Of a DNA stretch of 64,000 nucleotides, positions 11,999-23,432 are shown piece after piece. The first letter of the stretch is position 1, and every line of letters begins with the position of its first letter. The translations under genes and the position numbers were made by a program. The notes below the pieces were generated by a model. The model was not told the origin of the DNA, searched no databases, and saw nothing but the letters and a program-made list of their open reading frames with translations. Source of the stretch: an uncultured Planctomycetaceae bacterium. GTDB lineage: Bacteria; Planctomycetota; Planctomycetia; Pirellulales; PALSA-1355. The stretch covers positions 733,201 through 797,200 of the forward strand of contig CAWAUV010000005.1 in NCBI GenBank assembly GCA_963785305.1, in the 5' to 3' direction.

Positions 11999-12441
11999 CT
12001 TCGAATTCATGATATTGCCCCGCCATTTGGGGCAAATTTCTCGCGAGATCCGACCGGCGGCCGCCACTGGCGTCGCCCGGGCCGAATTTCCGGTCTCCGT
12101 GGGCGGACTGGCCGCGCTAGCTCCGCGCCGCCCTCTCCCCCCCCCCGAGCTCATGCGACGCGCAATCGCCTCCCGCACTTCGTCGCGGCTTGAATGCATT
12201 GCCATCGCCGGCATTGGCGGTCTGTTTGTCGACCAGATCGCCGCCCCTCTTGGTCGCCTCGCGCCGCGGGCGTCTTCCCAAGTTCGCGTAAGAAAGCGAT
12301 CCATGGCCGGTAGTTTCCTCCAGAGGAGGAGCCGGCAGCGTTGCCGGTCGGGGCGGTTCGCGGTGGTTGTTTGCCGCCAACGGCTGCCCCCCTCGCGAGA
12401 CAGACGAACTGCAAACGCTAGCAAAACGGGGAGAGTCGGTC

Positions 12442-13666
12442 ATGATCGCCCAAAATCGCAATTCGCTTTTCATGCCGTTTCAACTTGGCCCTTACGCGCT
12501 TGCCCATCGGGTGGTGATGGCGCCGCTCACGCGGTTGCGGGCCGATCGGCTGGGAGACATGCCCAACGATCTGATGGCCAAGTACTACGGGCAACGCGCT
12601 TCGGCCGGCGGGCTCATCATCACCGAAGCCACCGCAATCTCGACCTTGGGTCGGGGCTATCTCGGCGCCCCCGGCATTTATGACGATGCCCAGATCGCGG
12701 GCTGGCGAAAAATAACTCAAGCGGTGCATGCCCGCGGCGGGCGGGTCTTTTTGCAGCTTTGGCATGTGGGTCGGCAATCGCATGTCGACATGACGCTGGG
12801 GCGAACTCCCGTGGCGCCATCGGTCGCGGCCCTATGAAGGCGTCGCGTTCACCGCCAACGGCTGGGTTCCGGTGTCGCCGCACCGGGCGTCGAGTTGCAC
12901 GAAATTCCCGGCATCGTCGGCGAATACGCCGCGGGCGCATCGCGCGCTCGCCGCGGGATTCGATGGCGTCGAAATTCACGGGGCCAACGGATACCTGCTC
13001 GATCAGTTCCTGCAAGATGGCAGCAACCACCGCGCCGACGCCTATGGCGGCTCGGTCGAGAATCGCGCTCGGCTGCTGTTGGAAGTCACGGGCGCGGTCA
13101 CTCGAGTGGCCGGCGCCGAGCGAGTGGGAGTTCGCTTGAGCCCCAGCGGCAGTTTCGGCGGCATGTCCGACAGCAATCCCCACGCGACAATCGACTACGC
13201 CGCGCGAGCACTCGATCGCTTCGGACTCGCGTATCTCCATATCGTCGAACCGCGGGTCGTGGGCTCCCAGGCCACGGCCGAGGGACTGGAGCCGGTCGCA
13301 TCGCCCGTGTTGCGAGGCGTTTTTCACGGTCCAATCATCGCGGCGGGCGGCTTCGAGCCGGCCGACGCCCAGGCGATCGTGGAAAGGGGCGACGCGGATT
13401 TCGTGGCCTTTGGTCGGCACTTTATCGCCAATCCCGACCTGCCGAAGCGCATCGAGCTCAACGCCCCATTCAATGCCTATGACCGCGATACGTTCTACGG
13501 CGGCGACGAACGCGGTTACACCGACTACCCGTTCCATGCACCCAACCGGCCGTGTGACGCGAGAGCCCGGAACGAAACGCCAGTTGGCGCGGAATTGCTT
13601 CTTGCGGGCGGTGTGTCGCGCCGAGCGCCGTTTCATTCGGAGCGAAGGCGGATTGCCGTTATTTGA
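12442..13666 (+). CDS. nemA: Alkene reductase (Old Yellow Enzyme, NemA-like); indels near 12830-12930, true stop uncertain
   Basis: VMAPLTRLRA, YYGQRASAGGLIITEAT, QLWHVGR, GFDGVEIHGANGYLLDQFL, AFGRHFIANPDL. Confidence 0.88.
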
Positions 13667-15011
13667 AAGGATCGGGTTCGGCCGGGGGCTTGGGTTTGTC
13701 GGCGTCCATCGCGTCGCCGGCTTTGTCGTCGCCAGCCTTCATATCATCGGCCTTCATGTCGTCGCCCTTGGCGGGCTCGGCGGCTGGGTCTTCGTCGCCC
13801 TCGGCGGCCTTCTTGGGAATTGCCTTGATCTTGGCGGCAAGGTCGTCGTAGGCCGACGACGGAGGAGGTTCATGCACGAGCGGCTTCGAGAGCCCGATCT
13901 CGTGTAAACACTCGACAAGCCCGCTCGGGCCATAGCAAAAGATTCGATCGGTGCGATCGTTGTGCAGTTTCTTGAGCGTGGGATCGATCGGCAAGCTGGC
14001 CATGAGCGAACCGGTCGCGGCGTCGAGCGCCACGAGTCGCGAGGTTTTGTCGATGGCGTAAATTCGATTCTTGCTCTTGGCCACGAACTGCGTGATGCCG
14101 GGCGCCAGCCAGCGATCCTTGCCGGTCGCGGCGTCGAGGCAGAACATGCCCGCGAGTTGCGGCACGATATAGAGCTGGCCATCGACCGCGACGGGCGGCT
14201 CGCTAATCGGCTCGCCGGCGGAAAACCGCCAAACGGTCTGCGCCGATTTCTCATGCACCGCGTAGACATAGCCGTCGAGCGAGCAGGCGAAGAAGTAGGG
14301 AGTCCAATAAGCCGGTCGCGATTCGATCGGCGAGCGGGTTTGGAGGCGTCCGCCGATCAGCATCGGGTCCGACTTGGCCACATAGAGATTGCCTTTGTCG
14401 GTGGTCCAGCTCACGCTCTGCGCCGTGATCACGGGTTGATTGAAGATGCGTCCGAAGGATTGATAAATCCAAGGAGTTTGGGCGCCCTTATCCGAGAGCA
14501 CATAGCCTTCGAGCATGCCGGAAACCATCGGCACGAACACATGGGTCTTGGTGAGCACCGGCCCCGCGCCACATGCTCCCCGCATGCGCCGCGACCACTC
14601 GACCACGCCGGTCGAGCGATCGAGCAAATAGAGCGTCGAGCCGTTGACCGTGGCGACATAATGGGCGTTGGCGCCCGTGGCCAGACTAAGACGATCGGGC
14701 TGGCCGACTTCATGGGCCCAGAGCGTCTGGCCGGTTTCGGCGTTGATCGCATGCAGCATCGCGCCGCTGGTTTGCACGAAAAGCGTGTCGTCGGAAAGCA
14801 CCATGTGCGAGATCTGGTCCGAGGATCGCGCGACCGAGACTTGCGTGAACCAACTGCGCGTGAGACCGGCCCGCCGCGCGGCGGCGTCGGCAATGAGCGG
14901 CGATTGGGCGAAGGCCGGCGCCATCAGACCAGGGACCACGAGCGGCAAAGTGGCGCATGCGCGAAGAATCGCGAAAATCCAAGCGGCGGTGGCCGTGCGG
15001 CGGCGTGGCAT
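13659..15011 (-). CDS. PQQ-like beta-propeller repeat protein (BamB-like), secreted
   Basis: Repeated A.NAETGQTLW, LDRSTG..EW, LDAATGKDRW blades; signal peptide. Confidence 0.8.
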   Translation of the reverse strand: MPRRRTATAAWIFAILRACATLPLVVPGLMAPAFAQSPLIADAAARRAGLTRSWFTQVSVARSSDQISHMVLSDDTLFVQTSGAMLHAINAETGQTLWAHEVGQPDRLSLATGANAHYVATVNGSTLYLLDRSTGVVEWSRRMRGACGAGPVLTKTHVFVPMVSGMLEGYVLSDKGAQTPWIYQSFGRIFNQPVITAQSVSWTTDKGNLYVAKSDPMLIGGRLQTRSPIESRPAYWTPYFFACSLDGYVYAVHEKSAQTVWRFSAGEPISEPPVAVDGQLYIVPQLAGMFCLDAATGKDRWLAPGITQFVAKSKNRIYAIDKTSRLVALDAATGSLMASLPIDPTLKKLHNDRTDRIFCYGPSGLVECLHEIGLSKPLVHEPPPSSAYDDLAAKIKAIPKKAAEGDEDPAAEPAKGDDMKADDMKAGDDKAGDAMDADKPKPPAEPDPFK

Positions 15012-15528
15012 GAGGCGCCTCAATGTCGATTTGCGGATGGGTTTGCCGACGGGGATATGAACGCGACCCCTATTCATCATAATTCGTCGCCGACCCGGGA
15101 GCCAGAGCCGGAACCGCGAAACAAGCGCGCCGATTCCATGGTCCTCCGCTCGGCGCGCCCGCGCCGGTGGCAAAACCGCGCCGCTGGCGGTCGAGAAGCG
15201 TTGGGCGCCGACGACGCTGAACTTCGCCTGGTCAGGTTCTTACATCTGGACCGATCGGGGCAGTCTCGTCTAGCGGTCCGCCGAAAAATATCGTCACGGC
15301 ATTTTTCGACCTCGCCAAGCGCGTCGCGGCTCGCAAAATAACGACTTCGGTCGTTGTATGGACACCGCATTCGCGCGGCGGCGCAGCCTGTTGAATAATT
15401 CAACAGGCTGCTAGGATGGGTTCCCGCCCCGCTAGCCGCGAAGCGCGCCCTGGGGCCGCGAATATTGGTCGCCGCCATTTTTGGGTCGGTTCGCCATCGG
15501 TCCGCAAATTCCTGGCCCACCAAGCTCC

Positions 15529-18500
15529 ATGACAGACGCTCCCGTTACCGCCGACGCCCGACAACGGTTCCACGAATTGCTGGGTTATTTGAACTTCTCG
15601 GCCGGCGCCGTCGACAAGCGGTTTTTGGCGAATCTCAATTTGCTCTTCGCGATCATCGAGCAGGAGTCGTCGGCGCCGGGCGCATGGCGGCGAGTGCAAG
15701 CGAAATTGACCGACGAGCTCGACAAGCTCGAACGCGAATCGCCGGTGTTCAAAGACGCCGAGCAAGCGAGGTCCGTGCTGGGGCTGGTGTTCGAGGGCTG
15801 CTTGCCGGCATATCGTGAATTTCATCGCGACCTGCTCCATCATCAGACGGAAGATTCCCTTTGGCGGCCTTTTTTCTTGGGCCGCGTGTTCGAAGCCGTG
15901 CTGCGCGAAGGGCCGCCTTGGAGCGAGCGGGATCGCATCATCGCGGACGCCATCGCGCAGCTCAATGACTATGTCGGGCATCGCCCGGTGGCGGTGCTGC
16001 ACAACGGCCGGCGCACGGAACCGTATCCGCACGAATGGACGCGCCCGTCGCCGCTTTATATTCAGGGCGCCGGGGTGGCCGTGGGGCGCTACGCGGCCTT
16101 GATCACCAAGGCGTTGGAACTCTTGGCCGGCGCCGATGCGCAACTGGCCGCGGCCGCGCATTTCGATCTGGCCTTGCTCGAGGAATTGGCGCTCGACGCG
16201 CGAGCCTACGAATTCGACCATCCGGCCAATAAGCGCCCCAACCATCACTTCGGGCAATGGGACCCGCATCTGATCGACAACCGCGGTTTTTATCGACGCT
16301 TCGTGCTCCAACAAGTGACCCTCGACGCCCTGGTCAGTCGCGTCGAGGAGCCCAGCGAAATCAGCATGGAAGAGCGGCTTTACGAGGGGGCGGCGGTGCT
16401 GGCCGGTGTGTTGCTGATGTCGTCGGCCGTGTGCGGCAGTGGACCGGGAACCCATGACTCGAATGTCTCATTGGCCACGCTCTTGCCGCGCGTGGCCGCC
16501 AACCGCGACGCTTTCTACGAACAGTTGATCGGAAAGCTCGGCGGCGAGCGCGGCAAGCGACTGCGCGGCGAGGCGCAAATCGGTCGACAGCCGCTGGCCG
16601 GAGCGCGGCAACATTTGAATCACACCCTGGTTCGCCGCCGCGCGACGCAGTTGGAACAGGTGCATCTCGCGCTGTTGTATGCCCGCATGGGGCATCGCGA
16701 GGCGGCGCTGGCCCAAGCCGCGCGGTGAGCGTGGCGTCGGCCCGCATGCGCTGCGAGATCCAGTGCCGAATCACGACCGGCGAGTTGGCCGTGGCCGCCG
16801 GCCGCGTGGACGACGCGGCGCGGCTGCTGGTCGAGGCCGAGGATTTTCTGCACCGCGCGATCGAATGCGGCGCGATGATCGATCCCTGGAGCATTCTCGG
16901 ATTTCAGGCCCAATTCAGCCTGTTTCCCTCGCCCGATAATAGCGTGCATGACCACCGGGCGGAACTGCTCGTGGAACTGGTCGAGGCGATTTTCAGCCTT
17001 TTTGCCCGCGTGTGGAGCGAAGCGGCGGCTCAAGACAATGCGCGTGTCGTCGAGCAAGTCTCCGAGGCGATGGTCAAACTGGCCGGCTGGTGGGATCAGT
17101 TCGCGACCTTGACGATCGGCTCGCTCGAAAGCTTTTCCGCCAAGGAAGCGGTCGAAAGCGCGCGACAAGTCGCCGCGGCGCTTGCGCTTGGCGTCGAGGC
17201 GGCGCCGCGGCGGGCGATATCGCCTTCTGGCGAAAGCATGTTCTCGAATTTCAATCCGCCAAAGCCTATGGACTCGTGGTGGAAGCTCTGCTCCATAAGC
17301 ATGATCTGATCGCCGCCCGCGCCCTGCTCGTGCAGTGGTCCAGCCAAGCGGGCCTCGCGCCGTTGAAACTCGGTTCACGATCATTTCATGCGCTCGCCAA
17401 GCGCTGGCTGAACGCCGCGCTCCAGGGCGCTGGCCAACCGACCGGCGCCGCGCCCGGGGCAGTCGCGTCGCTCGCGCCGAGCTTCTTCGATCATCTCGAG
17501 GCCAACGCCGAATATTTTTGGTCGGCGCCCACATTGTCCCTTGGCGGGCCGGCGAACGCGCCGCTGGTCGAGCATCAGCCGACCGACGATGCCGACGACG
17601 AGACGGGCGAAGACGATGGCGGCGGGCTCTACCGCGCCGCCTACGACGAAATGGTCTACCAAGACAGCACGGCCGACGGCGTCGACGCCGACATGCTCGA
17701 GACTCCCGGCGCGCATACCGACCTTGAACTTGAAACCGAGAGCCGACGACTCGAGGAACGGTTGACCTTTCTCTCAACCGTGGCGACGCTCTGGAAGCGC
17801 GCCGCGATCGCGTCGGTCGCCGGCGTCGCGAACGACCAGCGCGAGCGGCGTCGCGCGCCGCTGCCGCCCGAGGCCGCGCGCCACTGGCGAGCCCAGGCAA
17901 GCCAGTTCGAGGCCGATTTGCTCCGGCTGATCGACGCGACCGAGGGGTTGCGCGTGCCGGCTCCATCGGCCAATCGCGAGTCGCTCTTGGAATTCGAACG
18001 CCGGCGGTCGCTCAAGGAATCGATCTTGGAAACCGTTATTGCCACGACGGTCGCCATGGGCGATTGCCGTCGCTGGCTCGCCGCCGCCGATTCATCAATG
18101 ACGGCGGATGAAACAGCGCCGGGCTCACGCGCCGCCGGGCGCGCCAAGCGCGCCTCGGCCGCTGGCCAAGTTCCCGCGCCGGAGATCGAGATCGATGCGC
18201 GCGTCTATCACGCGATGCTGCGCGGGTCGAAATCCGCGGTGCTGGCTCTTTGGCCCAACTTGCTCGCCGAGCTCAAGAAGGCGCCGCTTTTGTATGTGCC
18301 TTTGCACAAAAGCGGCGCCGCGAGGCCGATCGTGGCGGCGCGGCAAGCGCAGCAGCGATTGCGCGATCTGTTGGCTAGCTTGCCCCGGCTCGGCATGATT
18401 CGCCAAACCTGCCAATTGATCACGGCCGCGCGGGTCATGGAAAACGACCATCCGGTCGGGGCCAACGCCGTGACCGAGTTCGATCGGCTGTTCGCGGTGG

Positions 18501-19540
18501 GATATCGTGGTCTGGTCGAGACACTGGCCGAGGTCTCGCGCGCCTGGGCGGGCCCGCTGCCGGGCGAGCGCGCCGACCGCGATCTCGTGGATTGCCTCGA
18601 AACACTCACCGAGTCGCTGCTCAAACAATGGTCGGCCCACAGCCGAACACTGCGGCTCTCGACATTGGAACGCATCGGCAGTGATCGAGAATGGCAGACG
18701 CTCGTCAGCTTCATCGAACGCTACGGCCATGACTTGTTCACGCAGCGATTCATGAATCCGGGCAATCTGCGAGCCATTTTGCGACAGGGCGTCGAGCCTT
18801 GGCTCGCGCGGCTCCAAGAGGAGCCGCCCGCCGACGAAGAGCTCAATCTGCTCGATGATTTGGCCTCGGGAGAAGTGAAACGGGCCGACGCCGCCCGGAG
18901 CGTGGGCATCGTCCTCGAGGCGGTGCTCGAAAATTACAGCGAATATCGCGACTACAACAGCACGACTACCCAGAGCGACCGCGGCGAGTTGATTTACACA
19001 TTACTCGATTTTCTGCGATTGCGCGTGCAATACGATCGCGTGGCTTGGCATCTGCGACCGGTGCTTTTGGCCCATGAGATTCTGGTGCGGAAGCAGCGCG
19101 TGGAAGCGGCCGAGCTTTGGCGCCGGGCGCTGGCGGATCGCACGGCTGAAGTGGCCGATTCGCTCCTTGCTCGCTATGAAGAACTGCGGCGGCGCTACGG
19201 AATGCGACTGCCGACCGTGGCCGATCGGTTGGCCGAACGCTTCGTGCGTCCACTATCGGTCGATCGGCTGCGGGCGCTGGTACGGCCGGCCGTGCTCGAG
19301 GTGTTGTCCGGCGAACCCGCGGTGGCGTTTGAGGTGCTGCGGCAAGAGGCGGCGGAATTGACGCAGGAACCGACCGGCGCTGGACTCGATGTGCCACAGT
19401 GGCTGCAAGCTCTCGAAGACGAAGTGGAAGCAGCCGCCAGACCCGGGGGCGACGACGACGTGGGCCTGATTCCCCAGGCGTCCATGACGCTCGAAGAGAT
19501 GCAGCGTGAATTGGCCACGCTCGAAGCTCCGCTCGACTAG
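15529..19540 (+). CDS. Large (~1300 aa) helical hypothetical protein; indels near 16725 and 17200
   Basis: Three abutting ORFs in successive frames with host-like codon usage; motifs HPANKRPNHHFGQWDPHLID and EYRDYNSTTTQSDRGE. Confidence 0.7.
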
Positions 19541-19810
19541 CATCCGGCATGTTCTTGCCGGCCGGGAGCGCGCGACGCTTCCCGATCATTTCCAGCGACG
19601 AGCGGTCGCCCCCATCTTGAGGCGCCGGCGCCGTCGTTTCTTTCTCGGTTTTTTCTCGCCCTCGCGGATCGAATCGGTCGATGATGGCAGTGAGCATCCG
19701 CAAACCGTGCAAGAGGCCGCGCGATAGCGCGGGCCGGGAGCCGGCGGAAGCAGATGCCGACCGCATTGGGCGACTGCCCTCGTGGCGGCAGCCCGACACA
19801 CGGAGGTGGT

Positions 19811-20248
19811 ATGAAAATCAACACCACGCGCTTCGGCCGCGTTCAGATCGAGCATGGCGACGTGCTTGTATTTCCCCAAGGACTCTTGGGGCTGGAAGAC
19901 TGCCAACATTGGGTGCTGCTCGGCGACGCCGAAAACGAAATGCTCGGCTGGATGCAGAGCACCACCCGTCCGGAAATCGCGCTGGCGGTCGTGAGTCCGC
20001 GGCGGTTCGTGCCGGATTATCAAGTGCGCGTCGCCCGCTCGGAGTTGGCGCCGTTGTCGCTCGCGCATCCGCGACAAGCCAAAGTGCTCGTGATCCTGGG
20101 CCGCAACGAGCGTTCGATTACGCTCAATCTCAAAGCGCCGCTGCTTTTGAGCTTGGAACAACGTCTCGGTCGGCAAGTGCTGAACAACGCCGACGAATCG
20201 ATTCAATACGAACTCGACACGACCGAACCGCTGAAGCGAATTGCCTGA
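19811..20248 (+). CDS. fliW: Flagellar assembly factor FliW
   Basis: [43 protein letters not shown]. Confidence 0.92.
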   Translation: MKINTTRFGRVQIEHGDVLVFPQGLLGLEDCQHWVLLGDAENEMLGWMQSTTRPEIALAVVSPRRFVPDYQVRVARSELAPLSLAHPRQAKVLVILGRNERSITLNLKAPLLLSLEQRLGRQVLNNADESIQYELDTTEPLKRIA

Positions 20249-20475
20249 CAACACCCCGCCCGGCGGCGGCACGAGTGTCTCGCCGGACAGCGTGCTCACC
20301 CGACGAACTGCCTGGAACAACCGGCCCACCCGGCACGATCCATCACCCCCCAAAAAACACCAGCGCCCGCCGCGCGGCCGACCCAACGAACCCTCTCGGC
20401 CACGAGGTCGCGCCTAGCGAAAGCCAGGTCCTGATTCGCGAGAATCACGGCCTAGAAACAGCAAAGGAGCCCACG

Positions 20476-20788
20476 ATGCTTGTTCTGTCGAGACAACGCG
20501 ACGAAAGCATCATGATCGGCGACAATATCGTCGTCACGATCGTCGACATTCGCGGCGACAAGGTACGGCTGGGAATCAACGCGCCCACCGAAATTCCCGT
20601 GCATCGCCAAGAAGTCTACGAAGCCATTCAGCGCGAAAACTTGCGCGAGTCGGCTCGATGTGAAAGACACGCGCGATCTGGGCCGTGGGGGCAAAACGCC
20701 GCACGGTTCGGCCGGCGCTCAAGCGCCGCCCTCGATCAGATGGGATTTCGGCGCGCGACGCGCCCCGGGAGGTTGCCACAAGCCATGA
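20476..20788 (+). CDS. csrA: Carbon storage regulator CsrA (indel near 20646, end inferred)
   Basis: [63 protein letters not shown]. Confidence 0.95.
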
Positions 20789-20925
20789 TCGCGATGCGGC
20801 GAACACGAGCGAGGAGGCCGATTTTGCCGTTGGCGACGGTTCACGCGATCGCGAGGCAAAAATCAATTGCGGCTGGCGCATCACCCAAATTATCACGTAG
20901 ATTTCCCCGGGGCTCATAGTTTACC

Positions 20926-20953
20926 TAAAGCGCCCGGGGCCGGAGGTCGATGA
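20926..20953 (+). promoter_or_regulatory. Sigma28 (FliA/SigD)-type promoter of the flagellin gene
   Basis: TAAA-N16-GTCGATGA against the consensus TAAA-N15/16-GCCGATAA, about 300 nt upstream of the flagellin ATG. Confidence 0.65.
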
Positions 20954-21249
20954 ACAGGCTATGAAGCCTGCCCCGCCGCTTGAGGCGTGGCAGGCACCCA
21001 CGATCCTCGGCGACTGGCGAGGTTGTTTGATTCCCGCGATCGAAACGACTCGACAGACGTCCGCGCCCGAATCCCCAGCCGCGCTGCCCCGAAGCGTGAC
21101 TGCCTACCATAATCCGCGTTTTGCAATAACCAACCACCGCGCCGTGCAAACCACGGCCCCGCCCAAGCGAAGCCCGCGAACCCGACTCCCTAACGCGCGG
21201 CATGGCTTCGGCCCACAAATTCGACAAACCTTTGGAGGGGTGTCCGGCA

Positions 21250-23293
21250 ATGACCCGCATTAATACAAACGTCAGTTCGCTCACGGCACAGAACTCGTTG
21301 GCGAATTCGCAGAGCCAGTTGCAAACCGCCCTCACTCGGCTCAGCACCGGTTTGCAAATCAATAGCGGCGCCGACAACCCGGCCGGTTTGATCGAAGCGC
21401 AGAACCTCGGCGCCGAAATCACCGCCGACAACAGCGCGATCTCGAACAGCAATCAGGCGAACGACCTGATCTCGACCGCCGACAGCGCTTTGAGCCAGGT
21501 CGGCACCCTGCTCAACACGATTCGCGGGCTCGTCTCCGACGCGGCCAATACCGGCGCCCTGAGCAGCAGCCAAATCGCGGCCGATCAGTTGCAGGTCGAC
21601 TCGTCGCTCCAGGCCATCGATCAAATTTCGCAAACGACCGAGTTCCAAGGGAGCGTGCTGCTCAACGGCAGCCTCAACTTCGAAACCACGTCGGCCGGCA
21701 CGATCGGCGCCAAGGCCACTGGCACGTTTGGTTCGGTGGTCGACGCCAAGGCTACCGCCACGGTCGATGGCGTGACCGTCACCGCCAAATCCGCGGGCGC
21801 CACGCTCAACAGCACCACGATTACGATCACCAGCGGCGCTACCAGCGCGGGACAGGTCGAGCGCGACCTACAGCACGAGCGGCACTTCGATCACCGTCAC
21901 GATTCAGAGTGGCGTCACGACCGAGGCCCAAGTCGCGGCGGCCATCAACGCCATCTCGGGCCGTGCCTTCACCGCGTCTGGCAGCGCAAGCACCGTTGCC
22001 GCCAGCGCCACCGCGACTCTTTCCGGCGGCGCCGCGAGCAACGAGTTCACCATCGCCGCGAAGAAAAACGGCACGCAGTACAACGGCGTGACGGTCAAGA
22101 TCACCAGCGGCGCCGCCAGCGCCGCGGGCGGCGTCGCCAGCTATTCGACCTCGAGCAACACGATCACCGTGACCAGCGCTACCGCCACCACGGTCGCCAA
22201 CGTGGTGTCCGCGATCAACTCAAGCCTCTCGACGCTCTTCAGCGCCGGCAATGTCGGAACGAGCGGCGCGACGGTCACCGTGGGCACGCTCTCGGCGACA
22301 ACCTCGGGCGGCGCCTCGGCCAATTCGATTTCCGGTCTGCAAATCAACCAGGCCAACTTCGGCTCGGGAACCTCGATCCCGGTCAATGTGACGATCCAAA
22401 AGCAAGCGACCCAGGCCGAACTGATTTATTCGGCCGGCACGTTGTCGTCGGCCACGACACTCCAGATCGGCGGCTCGCAAGGCTACCAAGTCTTCGACTT
22501 CGGCTCCGGCGCCACGGTCTCGCAGATCGAGGGCGCGATCAACAACGCCAGCAATTCCACCGGCGTCACCGCGTCGGTCAACGGCAGCGGCGCGCTTGTG
22601 TTGCAGTCGCAGGGCTATGGTTCCTCGCAATTCGTCTCGGCCAACGCGCTGAGCGGCACTTTCAGCACGGTCGATAGCACCGGCGCCTCGGTCTCGCGAG
22701 CCACGGGCACCGATATTCAGGCCAGCATCAACGGTGTGCAAGCCACGGGCGACGGGCTCCAGGTGTCGCTCGACACATCGAATCTGAACCTCAGCTTCAA
22801 TGTGAGCAACTTGTACGCGAACAACTCGAGCCTGAGCTTCAATATCACCGGCGGCGGCGCCACCTTCCAGCTTGGACCGAACGTGACCTCCAGCCAACAG
22901 GTGACACTCGGCATTCAAGGCGTGAGCACGGCCACGCTCGGTGGCGCGGACGGCACCTTGTATGAGCTCGCCTCCGGCGGCGCCGCGAATTTGTCGACGA
23001 ATCCCTCGCTCGCGGCCAGCATCGTCGACGAAGTGATTACCCAGGTCACCTCGCTGCAAGGCCGATTGGGCGCCTTCCAGTCGACGACGTTGCAAACCAA
23101 CATCAGCAGCTTGACCGATGCGGTGAGCAACCTGACCAGTGCCCAGAGCAATATCCAAGACGCCGATTACGCCGCCGAAACCGCCGCGCTCACTCGGGCC
23201 CAGGTGCTCGTGCAAGCCGGCACTTCGGTGCTTTCGATCGCGAACCAGCAGCCGCAACAAGTTCTGTCGCTGCTCAAGGCGGCCGGTGGTTGA
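21250..23293 (+). CDS. fliC: Flagellin (indel near 21860)
   Basis: N-terminal MTRINTN..RLSTGLQINSGAD..; C-terminal GRLGAFQ..NL.SAQSNIQDADYAAETAALTRAQVLVQAG..ANQQPQQVLSLL. Confidence 0.96.
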
Positions 23294-23329
23294 TCCACTT
23301 GACGCGGTCGCATCGTGAACAATGCCCTC

Positions 23330-23362
23330 GGCCCGCTCCGTCGACTCGCGATGGAGCGGGCC
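23330..23362. terminator. Hairpin between the convergent fliC and ino1 genes (likely terminator)
   Basis: ggcccgctccgtcg-actcg-cgatggagcgggcc, a 14-bp stem with one G:U pair. Confidence 0.65.
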
Positions 23363-23432
23363 TTCGGCCTTTCAGGGCGGAGCAAAAGGGGCATGTCGTG
23401 AATCGCGCTCGCCCGCGATCGCGAGGCTCGAA

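Noticed and set aside
11926..12450. Island integrated at tRNA-Ala
   Set aside because: No integrase and no repeat of the tRNA 3' end seen in the window.
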